A DNA stretch of 64,000 bases from Octopus vulgaris (GCA_951406725.2 OX597830.1:28830001-28894000), one strand, 5' to 3'; positions 1 through 15,862 are shown, numbered from the stretch's first letter. Notes: generated from the letters alone by a model not told the origin. Made by a program: numbers and translations.

Positions 1-524
1 CGGATGAGGTCTTACGCATATCAAAATGTCGAAAAAAATTTTGCTTCGGTGAGAAAGCGGAAGTAGTTCTGTCAATGCTGAGAGTGGAGATTGTATTTGA
101 AATCGTGCCATAGTAATGTAAATGGTCATGCATCAGAAAGAAATGGTTCATTTCCTTTTAGTGGTTTTAAAAATTTAGTTGGTATTTGATTATGGGGTGG
201 TTGAATAGTGTGCATATGTGTATGTTTGTTTCGGTATGCATGTGAGCGTACAGTTGTATGTGTGTGTGCATGATGTGTGTATGTGTGTGTGTGTATGTGT
301 GTGTGTGTGTGTATGTGAGTGTGTAATCATAGTTGTGCGATCGTTGGCAGGTAGGAACAGGTTACGTGTACTCTACATATTCGCTAATTGTTTCGTAGGT
401 GTCCATATGTTGGCCAGAAGTGCGGCACACATTCAGCCTGCATACAATTGACCCCTCGAAGATGTGATAAACCGAGGGTAAGACACACATCTAGGCTGTC
501 GGCTGCTAAGAATATTTAACTGTG

Positions 525-660
525 TGGGCTGGTAGAACGTGAAATGAAGCGCTTTGCTCAAACAAACCAGTACACAACACTTTATCCTATCCGAGAATCA
601 CAGCAAACATTTCTTGAACACATAGTCAACACACTTAACACCAGAGTATACGCTTTCATA
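525..660 (-). mobile_element. degenerate SINE family D fragment
   Basis: aacgtgaaatgaagcgctttgctcaa resembles the reverse complement of the family D CORE-like segment at 50150-50185; heavily diverged. Confidence 0.45.
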
Positions 661-950
661 TGTAAATATTAAGAGTACATATAAAACATGAAGTAAGAAT
701 TATTATGCAAAAATATTAAAGACTCCAGTAAGAAAAAGAGAGAAAGACACAGATTCTTTCATAACTGTGTTCCTTTGAATGCATGTATTGTATATATACA
801 TTCACAGAAACACATAAGCGCACACATACGCACACAACCACACACGCATAGATGCATACACAGAGACACATACACATTTATGCGCATATATATATTTATA
901 TTTAGATATATATGTATGTACATACTCATATGTACACACACACACAGTTA

Positions 951-998
<48 letters not shown>

Positions 999-1004
999 CT
1001 CTTA

Positions 1005-1069
<65 letters not shown>

Positions 1070-1413
1070 GGAGAAGAGAGAAGTAGAGCAAGAGAAAGGG
1101 AGCAAAAGATCTCCTTTTTTACGAGGGGGCGGGGATGGAAATGTACTGACAGTAAATGTAAAAGCGGAAAAAAGATATTAGAGAGACTAAGATATGATAA
1201 GAGAGAAAGAAAGCCTGGGAGTTTTTCCCGAAATAACATTTATGCCTATGTATCGAAATATAATGTCATATATTTATATGTTCGAATCAGTCATATACAT
1301 AACTCAATCGTTGCATCACACCATCATCTTAGGTACGCTAACTCACTCTCGCGCTATCACTATGTATGTATATACATACATAGATACATAGATACATACA
1401 TATATATATATGA

Positions 1414-1902
<489 letters not shown>

Positions 1903-2599
1903 ACATACACACACACACGCACACATATATATACACACATATGTATGTATGTATGTATGTATGTATAATGTCACTCCATCTCTTTCTATCTCGTTTGCTT
2001 TATCAGATGTTTTATCACACAGTTCGTCTTGTATCTTTATGTTTATATTTAACGCCGGCTGCAACTAACAACCTCTTACTTTGTCCTTGAGTGTGTACAT
2101 ATAATACATACATGTGTTGTATGTGCTGTGTGGCACTTAGGATATAATATATAATATGTATAAAATAAATGTGTGCATGTGTGTGCATTAAAGTGGAGTC
2201 TCTTTAATATAATCGAAGTTTAATGTGAAAAAAAAAAAAAACACCAGAAACGTTTGTTCTTATCAAAATTCTTAAGTCTTATAAACGCCCATATTTTTTT
2301 CTGCGAGATATTATCAGCCTGTTTTAGTTATCAAAACGGTTTTGTTCCAAGGAAATCGCAATAAGCGGCTTCCACTGCATATTGTCAAGCGAGATTACTC
2401 TATATTACAACATAGCGTTTCCCGTCGCGCAAGGCGTTGGATAACGACCTTCTGTTAGGCAATCAACAACAAATTCGAAATACTGGCGTGCAATACTATA
2501 TTGTACCTTCACCAGAACAATTAAGCATTCAAATACTAATTCGAAATTCAGTTGATTTACTTCAGTAATATAAATTCAAATATGCTAGTATGAGAAGAG

Positions 2600-2637
<38 letters not shown>

Positions 2638-2677
2638 GAGAGAGCGTGTGTGTGCATATATATATATATATATATAT

Positions 2678-2716
<39 letters not shown>

Positions 2717-2769
2717 CATATAACTATATATATATTAATATAAATATATACATACACACACATATATAC

Positions 2770-2814
<45 letters not shown>

Positions 2815-2876
2815 TATAGATATACAGAGATAGAGAGACAGACAGACAGACAGATAGATAGATAAATAGATAGATG

Positions 2877-2942
<66 letters not shown>

Positions 2943-3353
2943 AAGGTGCATGTATGTACGTATAATTATGCACATATGCATATATGATATACATACTGGG
3001 AGAACAAAAACACGTTACAAATATGCAGACATACATACATATGTGAATTTGTGTGTGTAGTTTTGTATGTATGAATGTGTGTACACACCAGTACATATAT
3101 ATATATATACACATACACACATAAATGTATAGTCGTTCATAAATGCATATATGTGTCTATATACTTGCCTGCGCTCATAGGTCTATCTGTATGTGTCTGT
3201 CCATACCTTCATACATATATATGAATGCAATTTTCCCTTCCCCAGCGTATTTATGGATTGCTTGCCCTAACCCTGAAGGAAAAACATGAAGAAAGTAGAC
3301 TGATTAGTTTGCATAAATCAAGAAACTGGCAACACATACAGACAGCGGTGCAC

Positions 3354-3436
<83 letters not shown>

Positions 3437-3513
3437 CATAATATATATATACATAATATATATATATGTATATAATATATATATATATACATTAACATAT
3501 ATATAAACATATA

Positions 3514-3553
<40 letters not shown>

Positions 3554-3574
3554 AATACACATATATATACATTT

Positions 3575-3614
<40 letters not shown>

Positions 3615-3684
3615 GTATGTATATAGTTACATAGGTAAATAAATAGATATAGATGTACATTTATACATACACACCTATATATAC

Positions 3685-3726
<42 letters not shown>

Positions 3727-4097
3727 TCGGATGAATATAAACACGTATTCTATATACATACATCGTTATATATATATAGACGTATTACATGCATTTCAGT
3801 TCATTTTTATATATATACGCACCTGCATTTAAATATATTCCCATATTCATATATGAGAATTTACGCATATATGTATAAATGAATTTATATATATATATAT
3901 ACATATATATATATGTATGTATACATGCATATATATATATAAATATATTTATACGTATATGCACATATATATATAAATATACTTATTCATATATACATAT
4001 ATATGTAACGTTTTTTTGATGTCCAACACCCATACATGCATGTATATATACATATAGATGTAGGTATGTATATATGCATATATTTATATATTATTTA

Positions 4098-4148
<51 letters not shown>

Positions 4149-4283
4149 CAAAAACAATTGAGTGAATTCCAATGAATTCAAATGAATATGGTACTTAGCT
4201 TGATGCACCAGAAATTCATTTATGGTATTAACCATAAAATAATGTGGGGTGATTATAACCAAGAAAAAAGTGTATATATAAAC

Positions 4284-4365
<82 letters not shown>

Positions 4366-4366
4366 G

Positions 4367-4421
<55 letters not shown>

Positions 4422-4797
4422 AGAGAAACAGAGAGAGAAAAGAAAATTTTGAGCGAAAGACAGAAGTATACACAGAAATGCAGTGGTAGTGGTTTAAGAA
4501 AGGCTTATATGAAAGGCTACATGCAGGTTGAATGTCGGGAAGAAGGGTTCATATATATACATATATGCACAAAGGTAACACCATCAGCAGTAGCTGCAGC
4601 AATTGTATTAGCAGCAACAGCAGTAGCAGCACTTAACTGTGCAGTATTGATAGTTGTGGTAAAAAAAAAACGAGATAGTCGGAGAAGTTTGAACTAGTAA
4701 GTGATTGGGAACGGGTCAAATGTCGTAGTGATTATCTGAATGCATGCTTTCGCATGCGTAGAAACATGTAAATGTGCCTACGTTAGCCTATACGTAA

Positions 4798-4845
<48 letters not shown>

Positions 4846-5152
4846 TATATATGACTACACACACATATATATATAGTTATATATGTATTGATATGTGTGT
4901 ATGCATATATTTATAACAGGAAGCGACAGTGTGAATGTAGAGACACACATATACAAAGGTATTTGAGTATATGAATAATGCACGTAAAGAGTTATGAAAA
5001 ATTTACACTGATTATTAACTAGGAAGCTTATCTATCTATCTATCTATCTATTTGTCTGTGTATCTGTCTATATATCTATCTATCTATGTGTATGTCTGTG
5101 TAATTGTCTATCCATCTTATGTATATATATACATATACAACTATCTAGGTAC

Positions 5153-5234
<82 letters not shown>

Positions 5235-5340
5235 GTATATATGTATATTCATGTATGCGTTTGTGTGTTTGTGCATCTCTACTTATCAATATGTACACAC
5301 ATCCAAAGACATATATATACACACACACCTATATACACAC

Positions 5341-5377
<37 letters not shown>

Positions 5378-5801
5378 CCCATATATTTGTAGTTATAGAC
5401 ATGAATGTACTTATGTATCTATACACAGAAGGAGAAAGAAACTGAAAGTGAGAAACTGAGATGAAAGAAAAACATTTGAGGGAGGTTAAGATATAAATAT
5501 AGATAATTCTGTGACAGATACGCGTAAGAGACAGAGCAGAGAACTTCTAGGTATAAAAATCAACATAAGCCGTGAGTAGGAGTCAAACCCGATTGCGAGT
5601 GTCAAGGGCACAGCTAGCTATGTATATTGGGTCTCAGTTCGTATGGAAGTGTGTGAGTGAGTGAGAGGGAAAGAGAGAGAGATAGAGAGAGAATGAGAGA
5701 GAGTGAGAAGGAAAGCTTCGGTGTAAGTGCAGGTTTGAGTGTATGTGCAATGACATGAAAAGCAATCAAATGTAGGTATATTTACATCTGTATATGTCCG
5801 A

Positions 5802-5887
<86 letters not shown>

Positions 5888-6134
5888 AGCTATCTATCTG
5901 TCTGTCTGTCTGTCTCTCTCTTTATATATATATATATATATACATACATTTATATATACCCGCATATGTATGCATGTATGCATGTGTATATTATATATAT
6001 GTATGTATGCATATGTATGTATGTATGTATATAAATAAATATTTATATATATATATATATACATATATATACGCACACATAGTTGTGTATATATAGTTGT
6101 GTTCATAAATATGTATGTATAGGTGTGTTCATAC

Positions 6135-6229
<95 letters not shown>

Positions 6230-7128
6230 CGTATGTATGAACACACCTATACATACACATTTATGAACACAACTATATATATATATACACATCTATGTGT
6301 GCGTATATATATATATATATATATATTTATAAATAAGAATAGATAGATAGATAGATAGATAGACAGATAGAGAGAGAGAGAGAGAGAGAGAGCGAGAGCG
6401 AGAGAAAGAAGGGAAAGAAAAATAACGAAGAAATTGTCTTATTGAGAGACGTGGAATACATAATTGCAAAAAGCATACAAAGAGATCTAAATCTAGATAG
6501 AGAAATGTATAGAGCGATAGAAACCTATAAACGGAGAAAGAAATATATATAGATAGACATATAGTGTGTTTGCAAAAATGAAAGATAGCAGAAAAATATG
6601 TAAGTAAACTATAGAGAGAGTGGGAGGCCAAATAGCAATAACACAATACATTGATTAAGAAACATTGATTTAGAGTATTAGTGTAAGGTAAGAATTAGTG
6701 TCAACTGAGAGAGAGAAGAGAAACACAGAAACAGACGTGAGAGGGAGAGTAGGAAATGAGAATGGCGTGAGTGGGAGAGGTTACAAGGTTGAAGGGCGAG
6801 GAGGAGGTACGGGAGGAGGAGGAGAAGGTGGAGATATATCAGTTGAAGTACGAGGAGAGGAGGAGAAGCGGAATTTGTTTTTGTTTGTTTTTAATTTTTG
6901 CATGTATGAAAATGTGCAGGAGAGGGTTTAGAGAGAGTGAAGAGTATGGTATGAGGGTTTCTGGAGGATAGGCTTTAAAAAAACCCAAAAAAACAATCTG
7001 AGACGGGGATCCCCCAGATACCGCACTGAATAATATATTTATGCATGTATACACAAATATATACATATATAGTTATATAGATAGATAGATTAATTGATAG
7101 ACAGAAAAAATAGATAGATGGAAACAGG

Positions 7129-7184
<56 letters not shown>

Positions 7185-7315
7185 CTCTATCTATCTCTAT
7201 ATATGTATATATATATATATACATGTATTGACATAATATATATACGCATATCCTTATAAATATATATATGAGTGTATATAAATCTGTATTTATATATACA
7301 TACACATACATATAC

Positions 7316-7382
<67 letters not shown>

Positions 7383-7762
7383 CATAAACATATATTCATG
7401 TATATGCATATATGTATATATATGTATATATATGCATGTAAGTATGTATAGATATGCATGTGCGCATGAAAATTTAGTTAAGTAGGCTTATGTATAATAA
7501 TTACTTTTGCAGATTGTATATGAAAAAAATAAATATAGAGAACAATGTTTGTAGACACAAACACAGGAATACTCACACAACTTTATGTTTTGTGCGCATG
7601 TCTGTGTGATGTGTATGTGTGTGTGAGAGACCGTGTGTTTGTGTATGTGTTTATGTGTACTCGTGTATGTAGATGTTTAAATATATAAGCATACGCATTT
7701 ATATATCTGCATATACAGATAAAGAATTGTGTGTGTCTGTATATATATATATATGTGCGTGT

Positions 7763-7850
<88 letters not shown>

Positions 7851-8067
7851 AAGGAGGCGAGCTGGCAGAATCGCTAGAACGCCGGGCGAAATGCTCAGCG
7901 GTATTTCGTCTGCTGTTACGTTCCGAGTTCAAATTCCGCCGAGGTTGACTTTGCCTTCCATCCTTTCGGGGTCGATTAAATAAGTACTAGTTACGCACTG
8001 GTGTCGATGTAATCGACTTAATCCCTTTGTTTGTACTCTCTGTGTTTAACCCCCTGAGGGCAATAAC
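7851..8067 (+). mobile_element. SINE family B (tRNA-like head, Nin/Deu-domain-like centre)
   Basis: GGCGAGCTGGCAGAA head, B-box GAGTTCAAATTCC, central GTTGACTTTGCCTTCCATCCTTTCGGGGTCG; many copies in the window. Domain name is from recall. Confidence 0.85.
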
Positions 8068-8124
8068 GATATATATATATAGCAATAATAATTCTCTAAA
8101 AGGGATATAGACAGTCCCTGCTTG

Positions 8125-8357
8125 ATAACATAAGGGACTAAAGCCATCTGAATATGGCTAGGGACAGGGCAGGGTGGTGGGGGTGTTACTGTTGCATTTA
8201 GCCCCAGGCGAACATCGACGTCACCAGAAAGAGGGCACCGTGATGGTGTCGAGCCTTTCTGGTGACGTCGATGTTCGCCTGGGGCTAAATGCAACAGTAA
8301 CACCCCCACCACCCCGCCCTGTCCCTAGCCATATTCAGATGGCTTTTAGTCCTTATG

Positions 8358-8361
<4 letters not shown>
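8125..8361. repeat. fold-back palindrome, ~107-bp arms
   Basis: 8125-8231 is the reverse complement of 8255-8361 with about three differences; the ORF track gives near-identical peptides on both strands; right end runs into (TA)n. Confidence 0.95.
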
Positions 8362-8445
<84 letters not shown>

Positions 8446-9121
8446 AATATATATATATACTTATATATATATGCACACACACACACATACGCACACTCTC
8501 GTATATATGGCTTAAAGATTTACCCAAGACCATTTCTTTACCGACAGGTACGTTTTCTGTCTATTTCTTTATGCCGAAGAGGTAAGCAACGGAGGCGTAA
8601 TGAATCAAAGGGGTTATAGGGAAAATGCACAATACGAACCCCACCCCATATACGTATATAATAATTTTTCTTTTTGTGTGTGTTTGCGTACATTATTAAG
8701 TTAGAAGCCGTACATAATGTTGGGCTGTTTGTAGTTATTGTCAGCTAATTATATCTGAAATCACAATTAATATTCACAATTAAATACAACATATGTTATT
8801 ATTGGCAAATTAAGAATGAAATAGCTGTAATTGTAATATGGCTGATGGTGCTTCGAAAAAAAGTTCTCTATGCAAAGTCCGATCGAATGGAAGCAATACC
8901 AATATTATTGTAGCTAGGTGTAAAGGAGTAAAGGTGCAGTATATAGGATTGATATAAAATGAAAGAAAGGCATTCGCACGCTAACAAACACACCACATAA
9001 ACATATACACACATACACATACGTACAGGCATAGGAACGCATGCACACACACACACACATACACACACACATACACACACACACATACACACACACATAC
9101 ACATAAGTATGTATCTCTGCA

Positions 9122-9170
<49 letters not shown>

Positions 9171-9392
9171 GTGTACATATATCTATCTATGTGTATATAT
9201 ATGTATGTGTATAAAAATATATATGTATATATCTGTATATCTATATATCTATATGTATATATGTATTTATATATATATATACATATAGATAGATAGATAT
9301 AGATATACGCATATATATATATATGCACACACATATATATTATATACGTATATACATGCGTCCCCAGAGACAGACATGCACTTAAGAAGTAG

Positions 9393-9447
<55 letters not shown>

Positions 9448-9520
9448 TGTGTGTGCAGGGGTGTAATTTAGATAGACTGACAGGCAGACTGACAGAACAG
9501 AACAGACCGAGAGATTAAAG

Positions 9521-9584
<64 letters not shown>

Positions 9585-9839
9585 TGCAAGCATGTAGAGA
9601 TTCGATATGGAAAACAAAAGACAGACTCTCTATATAATTAGATGTACATATAAGCATGCAGAACATTGCAGCCCCCCAAGGAAAACACGATGATCGGCAG
9701 TGAGAGAGGACGTGAGAAAGGGCGAAAGTTTGAATAAGACGGTGAAGAAGAAAAAGATAGGAATACAAGGGTCATTGCAAAGGTAGAAGAAAGAGTAGTT
9801 CCGCGGTAGTGGACATGTGAGGAAGAGTGGTAGGAAGAG

Positions 9840-10443
9840 AAGGGGAATGAGGTGCATGAGGGCAGAAAGATAGATAGAGAGTGAGAGGGGAGAGAGAGAG
9901 ACATAGGTGGAAAAGGATAGAATGAAATAGGTTGCAGAGAGAGAAAGAGAGAGGGAATGAAAGAGGTTGCAGAGAGTGAAGGAGAGAGAGAGAGAGTATG
10001 AAAGAGGTTCCAGAGAGAAAAAGAGAGAGAATGAAAGAGGTTGCAGAGAGAGGAAGAGGAGAGAAAGAGAGAGAGGGAAGGAAAGAGGTTGCAGAGAGAG
10101 GAGGTAAGAGAAAGAGAGAGAGGGAAGGAAAGAGGTTGCAGAGAGAGAAAGAGAGAGAGAGAGAGAGCGGGAGAGTGAGAGAGAGGAAAGAAAAGGGGAG
10201 TGAAAGGGAAAGTGAGAGGAAGAGAAGGAGCAGAGACAGACAGAGAAATTTAGGAGAAGAGAGAGAGGAGCATGTGTGCTTATTAGAGAAAGAGCAAGAG
10301 AGAGAGAGAGAGAAGGAAAGAGAGATACACAAAGATGATGTAGGAGAGAGTAAGAAAAAAGAAAGAGAGAAAATATAGCATTGACAAAAGAAAGACTGCG
10401 GGGAAAATGGGAACTAAAAATGAGAAACGTAAGAGATTGTGAA

Positions 10444-10504
<61 letters not shown>

Positions 10505-10510
10505 CAGACA
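9840..10510. repeat. GA-rich low-complexity tract with an AAAGAGGTTGCAGAGAG minisatellite
   Basis: About six copies of the motif between ~9925 and ~10150 within (GA)n. Confidence 0.85.
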
Positions 10511-11101
10511 GAATGTGAGACAGAGAGTAGTGAAGAGAGGAATATAGAGGGAGTTCGCTTCGATATTTAAAGAGGCAGGTTTTGATGCACAGAGACCAGT
10601 AGACAAACATTTGAACTGTGTGTGAGGTAAGAAACACACTCAAAAACAGTCAGATGATAATGGACGCGTGGAAGTCAATGTTAGTATGTAAATATCTTCG
10701 GTGTACACTAATAGTAATGAGTAGCGGCGATTATATTGCCTTTGCTTGACATGAGTTAATTAATAGCTGCAACTGGTGCAAATTACTAACATGTCGAACG
10801 CCTGAGGGAGAAGTCAGCCGTGAAACAATGTACACGTCAAGTGAAGCTGCTTGCCGCCGGTAGGTAGGGACATTGTAGTTGTATGCTTTAGATCATGGCC
10901 TGCGACGGCGGCATCAGTGACATTGTAGGAAAGAAAGTGTGTGTGTGTGTGTGTGTGAGTGTGCGTATGAGAGAGAGAAAGAGAGAAAGAGAGAGAGAGA
11001 GAGAGCGCGAGTGAGAGAAATGAAGGAGACACAAATAAAATGAGGTAGAGACGACAGACGGGTAAATAGATAGATAGATAGACAGACAGACAGATATATA
11101 T

Positions 11102-11168
<67 letters not shown>

Positions 11169-11677
11169 CAGATACATAGATAGCTAGCTAACTTGATAGA
11201 TATATAGATAGACAGCTACATAGATAGATAGATACATAGATAGATAGTGACTGTGAAACAGAAAGTGAGGAAAATTTTTGTAGACGATATATCTGTATGC
11301 AACATTGAATGCGTTTGTTTATACATGTATGAATGCAATTACGTATGCATGTATGTAATTTTATGCAAGTATATATACAAGTATGAATATATATAATATG
11401 ACGATCAAGTGAACGCAATGCAAGAAAAAAAACTAGTAGTCCTCTCCTATATTGAACTCTTGTCATCTCTTGTCATACACATATCTGTGTGAATCTGTGC
11501 ACGATATTTACTGGTGCATGAAGGTGTATGTAGGCATATGTATATACATACATATATCTATACATATATATACCTATACACATATATACCTATATGTACG
11601 TGCAGATCTATGTCTGTACGTGTTTATGTATGTAAATACCTATCTCACGATCCATCTATATATCGATCTATCTATCA

Positions 11678-11766
<89 letters not shown>

Positions 11767-11909
11767 GAGAGAAATAGAGATTTGGAGAGAGAAATAAAGG
11801 AACTGAGGACTGAAAAATTGATGGCTAGATAAATTCTATACATAAGGATATTTTAAAAAATTTGTGGCTACTAATGTTTTTTTTTTTTTGTTTTTTTATC
11901 GCTTACCTG

Positions 11910-12154
11910 TTAAATGTTTCAGTCATTGGATTGCGGCCATGCAGGGAAACCAGCTTTAAGGGATTTGTCGACAGGTTCGACCCAATGCTCTTTTTTTTTC
12001 GTTTATGTTTTTTTTTAAATTGCTGGTTATTCCTTAATGTAGCGGAACAGCTGGTGCCGTACCGCTAGTCTATGGAGATAAAAACGAACGAAAACTAGTT
12101 CTCTAGCTGCGTGGAGTGTCATACACAGTCACGTAAATACATACATACATAAAT

Positions 12155-12222
<68 letters not shown>

Positions 12223-12363
12223 ACACACACACATTTACGCTTGTGTATGTGTATGCCAATCTATTTTCAGTTTCTAGTATATTCACTCACAAGCCATGGG
12301 ACTACAGCAGAAGACACCTATCCAACCTGGACCATGTGGTTGAGGAATACAATACAGCCACAC
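11910..12363 (-). mobile_element. degenerate SINE family A
   Basis: gtttcagtcattggattgcggccatgc, cactcacaag and agaagacac...accatgtggtt match family A in reverse. Confidence 0.65.
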
Positions 12364-13484
12364 ATGAATGTATATGTGTATGCGTGTGTCTATATGTGTA
12401 TGTGTGTGTGTATAAACTCTTGCATTTTTGTTACTTATATAACAGATATGAGGTCATCGGGCTTAAGTGTTACATCTGGCAAACTTATATATTATTCAAT
12501 AAAGATTTTATTGTAAAATTATTTACCTTAGTTTGTATTCTATTTCGTTGCATATATTTCAGAATACGTCTATGAACATCTGAGATATACATATATGTGT
12601 GCATGTTCAATACATACAAAGACTTGTTTTTTTCTTGGACAATTCTTTTCCTTCTCTCCGACTTTTATATAGATATATCACTTTCTTAAATACACGATTT
12701 TGTTTATATATACATACCTATACAATATATAGATTTATACATGTAAGTATGTGTATATGTATGTGTTTGTGTGTTTCTGTTGTACGGCAGTTTTGTTCCT
12801 TACAATTTTACTTGTTTGGTCAAGTACCCCAAATCAAACTGCCTTTCCATTTACTATACCATACCATGTTTGCCCTGCATGCAACTGTCTTACTGCCACT
12901 AAGTTTCTGCTGAACAATAGCTACCTTTTGAAATCATTTATTGTCACGTACGGAATCCTTTACCGGAATGACTATAAGTAAATTTAAGACAAGTTATTAG
13001 CCACAGATACACACGTTCAAACATCCAGAACAGCAAATTTTTAATAGTTTATACAAGTAGGATTTTTTTTGTTTTAAAGTGTCTAGCCGGCGGGTGCTTA
13101 AAATACAGTGGAGCATATGACAGCTCGTAACGCCCTCGCTACATAGTTCTTAGATTACTGGCGGAAAGTAGACTAAGTTTCTTGGCTGAGTTCCACTTTC
13201 TACATTTCCAGTTTATTTATATTTCCTGAGGTGCTTTATATGATATATATTTAGCACTAGATCAGCCTTGATATTCATCCGTGATTATGCTATATTTGTG
13301 TTTATCTAGACCCACATGTTCAACTGAGTTCTAATAGTGTGAGATGACAGGATCGCATCTGTAAATATTTCTTCCTCACCATACAATGAAGAATTGCAGT
13401 TCTATATTTAAGAGATTAGGAAATATGTGCATTATTTACATTATTTATATTTAACGAATATTTGTCCTCATCTTGTTTGTTTTT

Positions 13485-13530
13485 AACACAACGTTTCGGC
13501 TGATATTCCCTCCAGCCTTCTTCAGGTGTC
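13485..13530 (-). ncRNA. minimal type-I hammerhead ribozyme motif (family H1)
   Basis: Minus strand reads gacac-CUGAAGA-aggcug..cagcc-GAAA-cg-UU-guguu: intact core, stem I, stem II and palindromic ACGU stem III. Confidence 0.75.
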
Positions 13531-13578
13531 TTGGGGATATTTTGTCTCTCTCTCTCTAAGGTATAATTTTTGCTGTTC

Positions 13579-13817
<239 letters not shown>

Positions 13818-13866
13818 TCGAAAACTATACCTTAGGAATGAGAACCCATGTTCGAAATTTCCCCAA

Positions 13867-13913
13867 GACACCTGAAGAAGGCTTTGAGGGTACATTAGCC
13901 GAAACGTTGTGTT
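13867..13913 (+). ncRNA. minimal type-I hammerhead ribozyme motif (family H1)
   Basis: gacac-CUGAAGA-aggcu..agcc-GAAA-cg-UU-guguu; homologous to the 13485-13530 copy in opposite orientation. Confidence 0.75.
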
Positions 13914-14801
13914 AACAACAAATTTGTACAGAACAGTAAATTGTTACAGAACGGCAAATGGGGTCGTAGATTTTGCCCTTTTACGCTAAGAATCCTTCAC
14001 TCAATATATCCTGGAGAGCTTATCATACTACATTCCGTCTTTTCGTATGCAAATATATAAAATTTATCTCCTTGCCCTCTGCTCTACAAGTTCTTCTGGC
14101 CAAGAAGTTCTGCTGTTCTGTACAAAAATCCCCTACCGATATTTTTGTTATTAAGTTTTTTTCTGTAACTGCGATGAAGCTAAAATTTCCACTTGTTTGT
14201 TTTATATTTAAGAAGGAATACTTCCATGCAACTAATATATGGAGGGACCACATTTGAAATCGTGTACTATGTGCTACTGATATTATCGTTGTCACTAGTG
14301 TTGCTGTCTTGTAAATGATTTATATTAAAGTGACTAGCAATTGTACTTGTACGGGGGTGGATGTGCTGAAAGGTTCCTTGCTTTAAGAGTATGGCAAAAG
14401 ATCTGGTTGAGGGCCCAACCTTCCGAGTTATTTTCTTGCATTTAGAAAAACTGGAGGACTGATGCAAAGTGTGTGAATCTGAGAGAGGAATATATTGAAT
14501 AAAATCATAATTAACTGATCCACCTGTATTTTCTTTTACCAGGATCTTTTCAGCGCACCCTTCTATTGTCCATTTACTTCTGCCTCTTTCACACAGCTCT
14601 ATGGTGCGTTTCAATTTTGTGTTGTTTGCTTGCAACAATTCTAGTGTTTGATTTTGTAGCATACTTTTGTGTGGTAGCCATTTGTAAATTTGTCATGCAT
14701 TTAAATACAATCGTAAAATTATGTGAAACAAAATTCTTTTCCTTCTCTAACCTCAGCTATCGAGGGCAATCCTTCTTTGTATCTAGTCTTTATTCTTCTT
14801 T

Positions 14802-14812
14802 TTACTTGTAGT
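14802..14812 (-). CDS. possible coding start of a terminal exon (speculative)
   Basis: Acceptor aaattttctttag|A at 14813-14814; in phase 1 after the 18530 exon it reads D-Y-K-stop, followed by unique UTR-like sequence. Confidence 0.2.
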
Positions 14813-14959
14813 CTAAAGAAAATTTAATGTGGTAGTGCTCAAATAAAACTGTTTAACAGAAGCGAAAATTACGCATTCATACTATCAGAGTGAACCATAT
14901 TTCTCATACCATAAATAGTAATTATTTTAAAATTACAGGTACGAGATCACCAATGTTAG

Positions 14960-15275
14960 TATTTCACCGGTACTACATTTTACTGACTCAAAAGGAAGAA
15001 AGTCAAAGTTGCCCTCGACTGGATTTGAACTCAAAAGAAAGAGTCCGAAGAAAGATTATAAAACATTGTGGCCGACGTTCTGAAGGTTCTACTACCTCGC
15101 TGCTTTTAGTAACAAAAAATATTTCTTTCTTATTTAGACACAAGACCAGCTATTTTGGTGGGGAAAAATGCAATCGATTACGTCGACCCCAGTGATCAAA
15201 TTGTATTCATATCATCAACCCCCACCGCAACTGAAAAGACGAAAGGCAAGGTTGACCTCAGCGGAATTTGAGCTA
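14960..15275 (-). mobile_element. two degenerate SINE family B fragments
   Basis: atcgattacgtcgaccccagtg, gaaaggcaaggttgacctcagcggaatttgagct and gatttgaactca match family B in reverse. Confidence 0.65.
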
Positions 15276-15277
15276 AT

Positions 15278-15278
15278 A

Positions 15279-15312
<34 letters not shown>

Positions 15313-15437
15313 TGTCGGCGGTGATGGTAGTGTTGATGGTGGTTGTAGTGTTGGTGGTGATGATGACGTTGATGATGGTGGTGATGGTGGTGGTGGTGGT
15401 GATGTGAGGATGATGATGATGATGGTGATAATGATGG
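15278..15437. repeat. (GAT)/(GGT) compound microsatellite
   Basis: Direct reading. Confidence 0.95.
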
Positions 15438-15459
15438 TTTTGTTATTGTTTTATTTACG

Positions 15460-15862
15460 AAGGCGGTTAGTTGGCAGAGACGTTACAACACCGGGTGAAG
15501 TGCTTAGTGGTATGTCGTCTGCCTCTACGTTCTGAGTTCAAATTCCGCCGTGATCAACGTTGCCTTTCATCCTTTCGGGGCCGATAAATTAAGTACCAGT
15601 TACGCACTGGGGTCAATGTAATAGACTTAATACCTTTGTCTGTCCTTCTTGTCCTCTCTATGTTTAGCCCCTTGTGGGTAATAAAGAAATAGGTATTTCG
15701 CCTGCCGTTACGTTCTGAGTTCAAATTCTGCCGAGATCGACGTTACCTTTCGTCCTTTCAGGATCGATAAATTAAGTACCAGTTGCGTACTAGGATCGAT
15801 CTAATCAAGTGGCCCCGTTTCCGAAAAGTTCGGGCCTAGTACCTAGAGTAGGAAAGATTATT
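15460..15862 (+). mobile_element. SINE family B with a second headless unit
   Basis: Head at 15460; junction aaagaaataggtatttcg at ~15690 restarts the unit. Confidence 0.85.

Noticed and set aside
9630-10643. 337-aa minus-strand Leu/Ser-rich ORF
   Set aside because: Derived from the (CT)n/GA minisatellite; no domain
14267-14662. 131-aa minus-strand ORF in unique sequence
   Set aside because: No recognisable homology or splice signals; may be UTR
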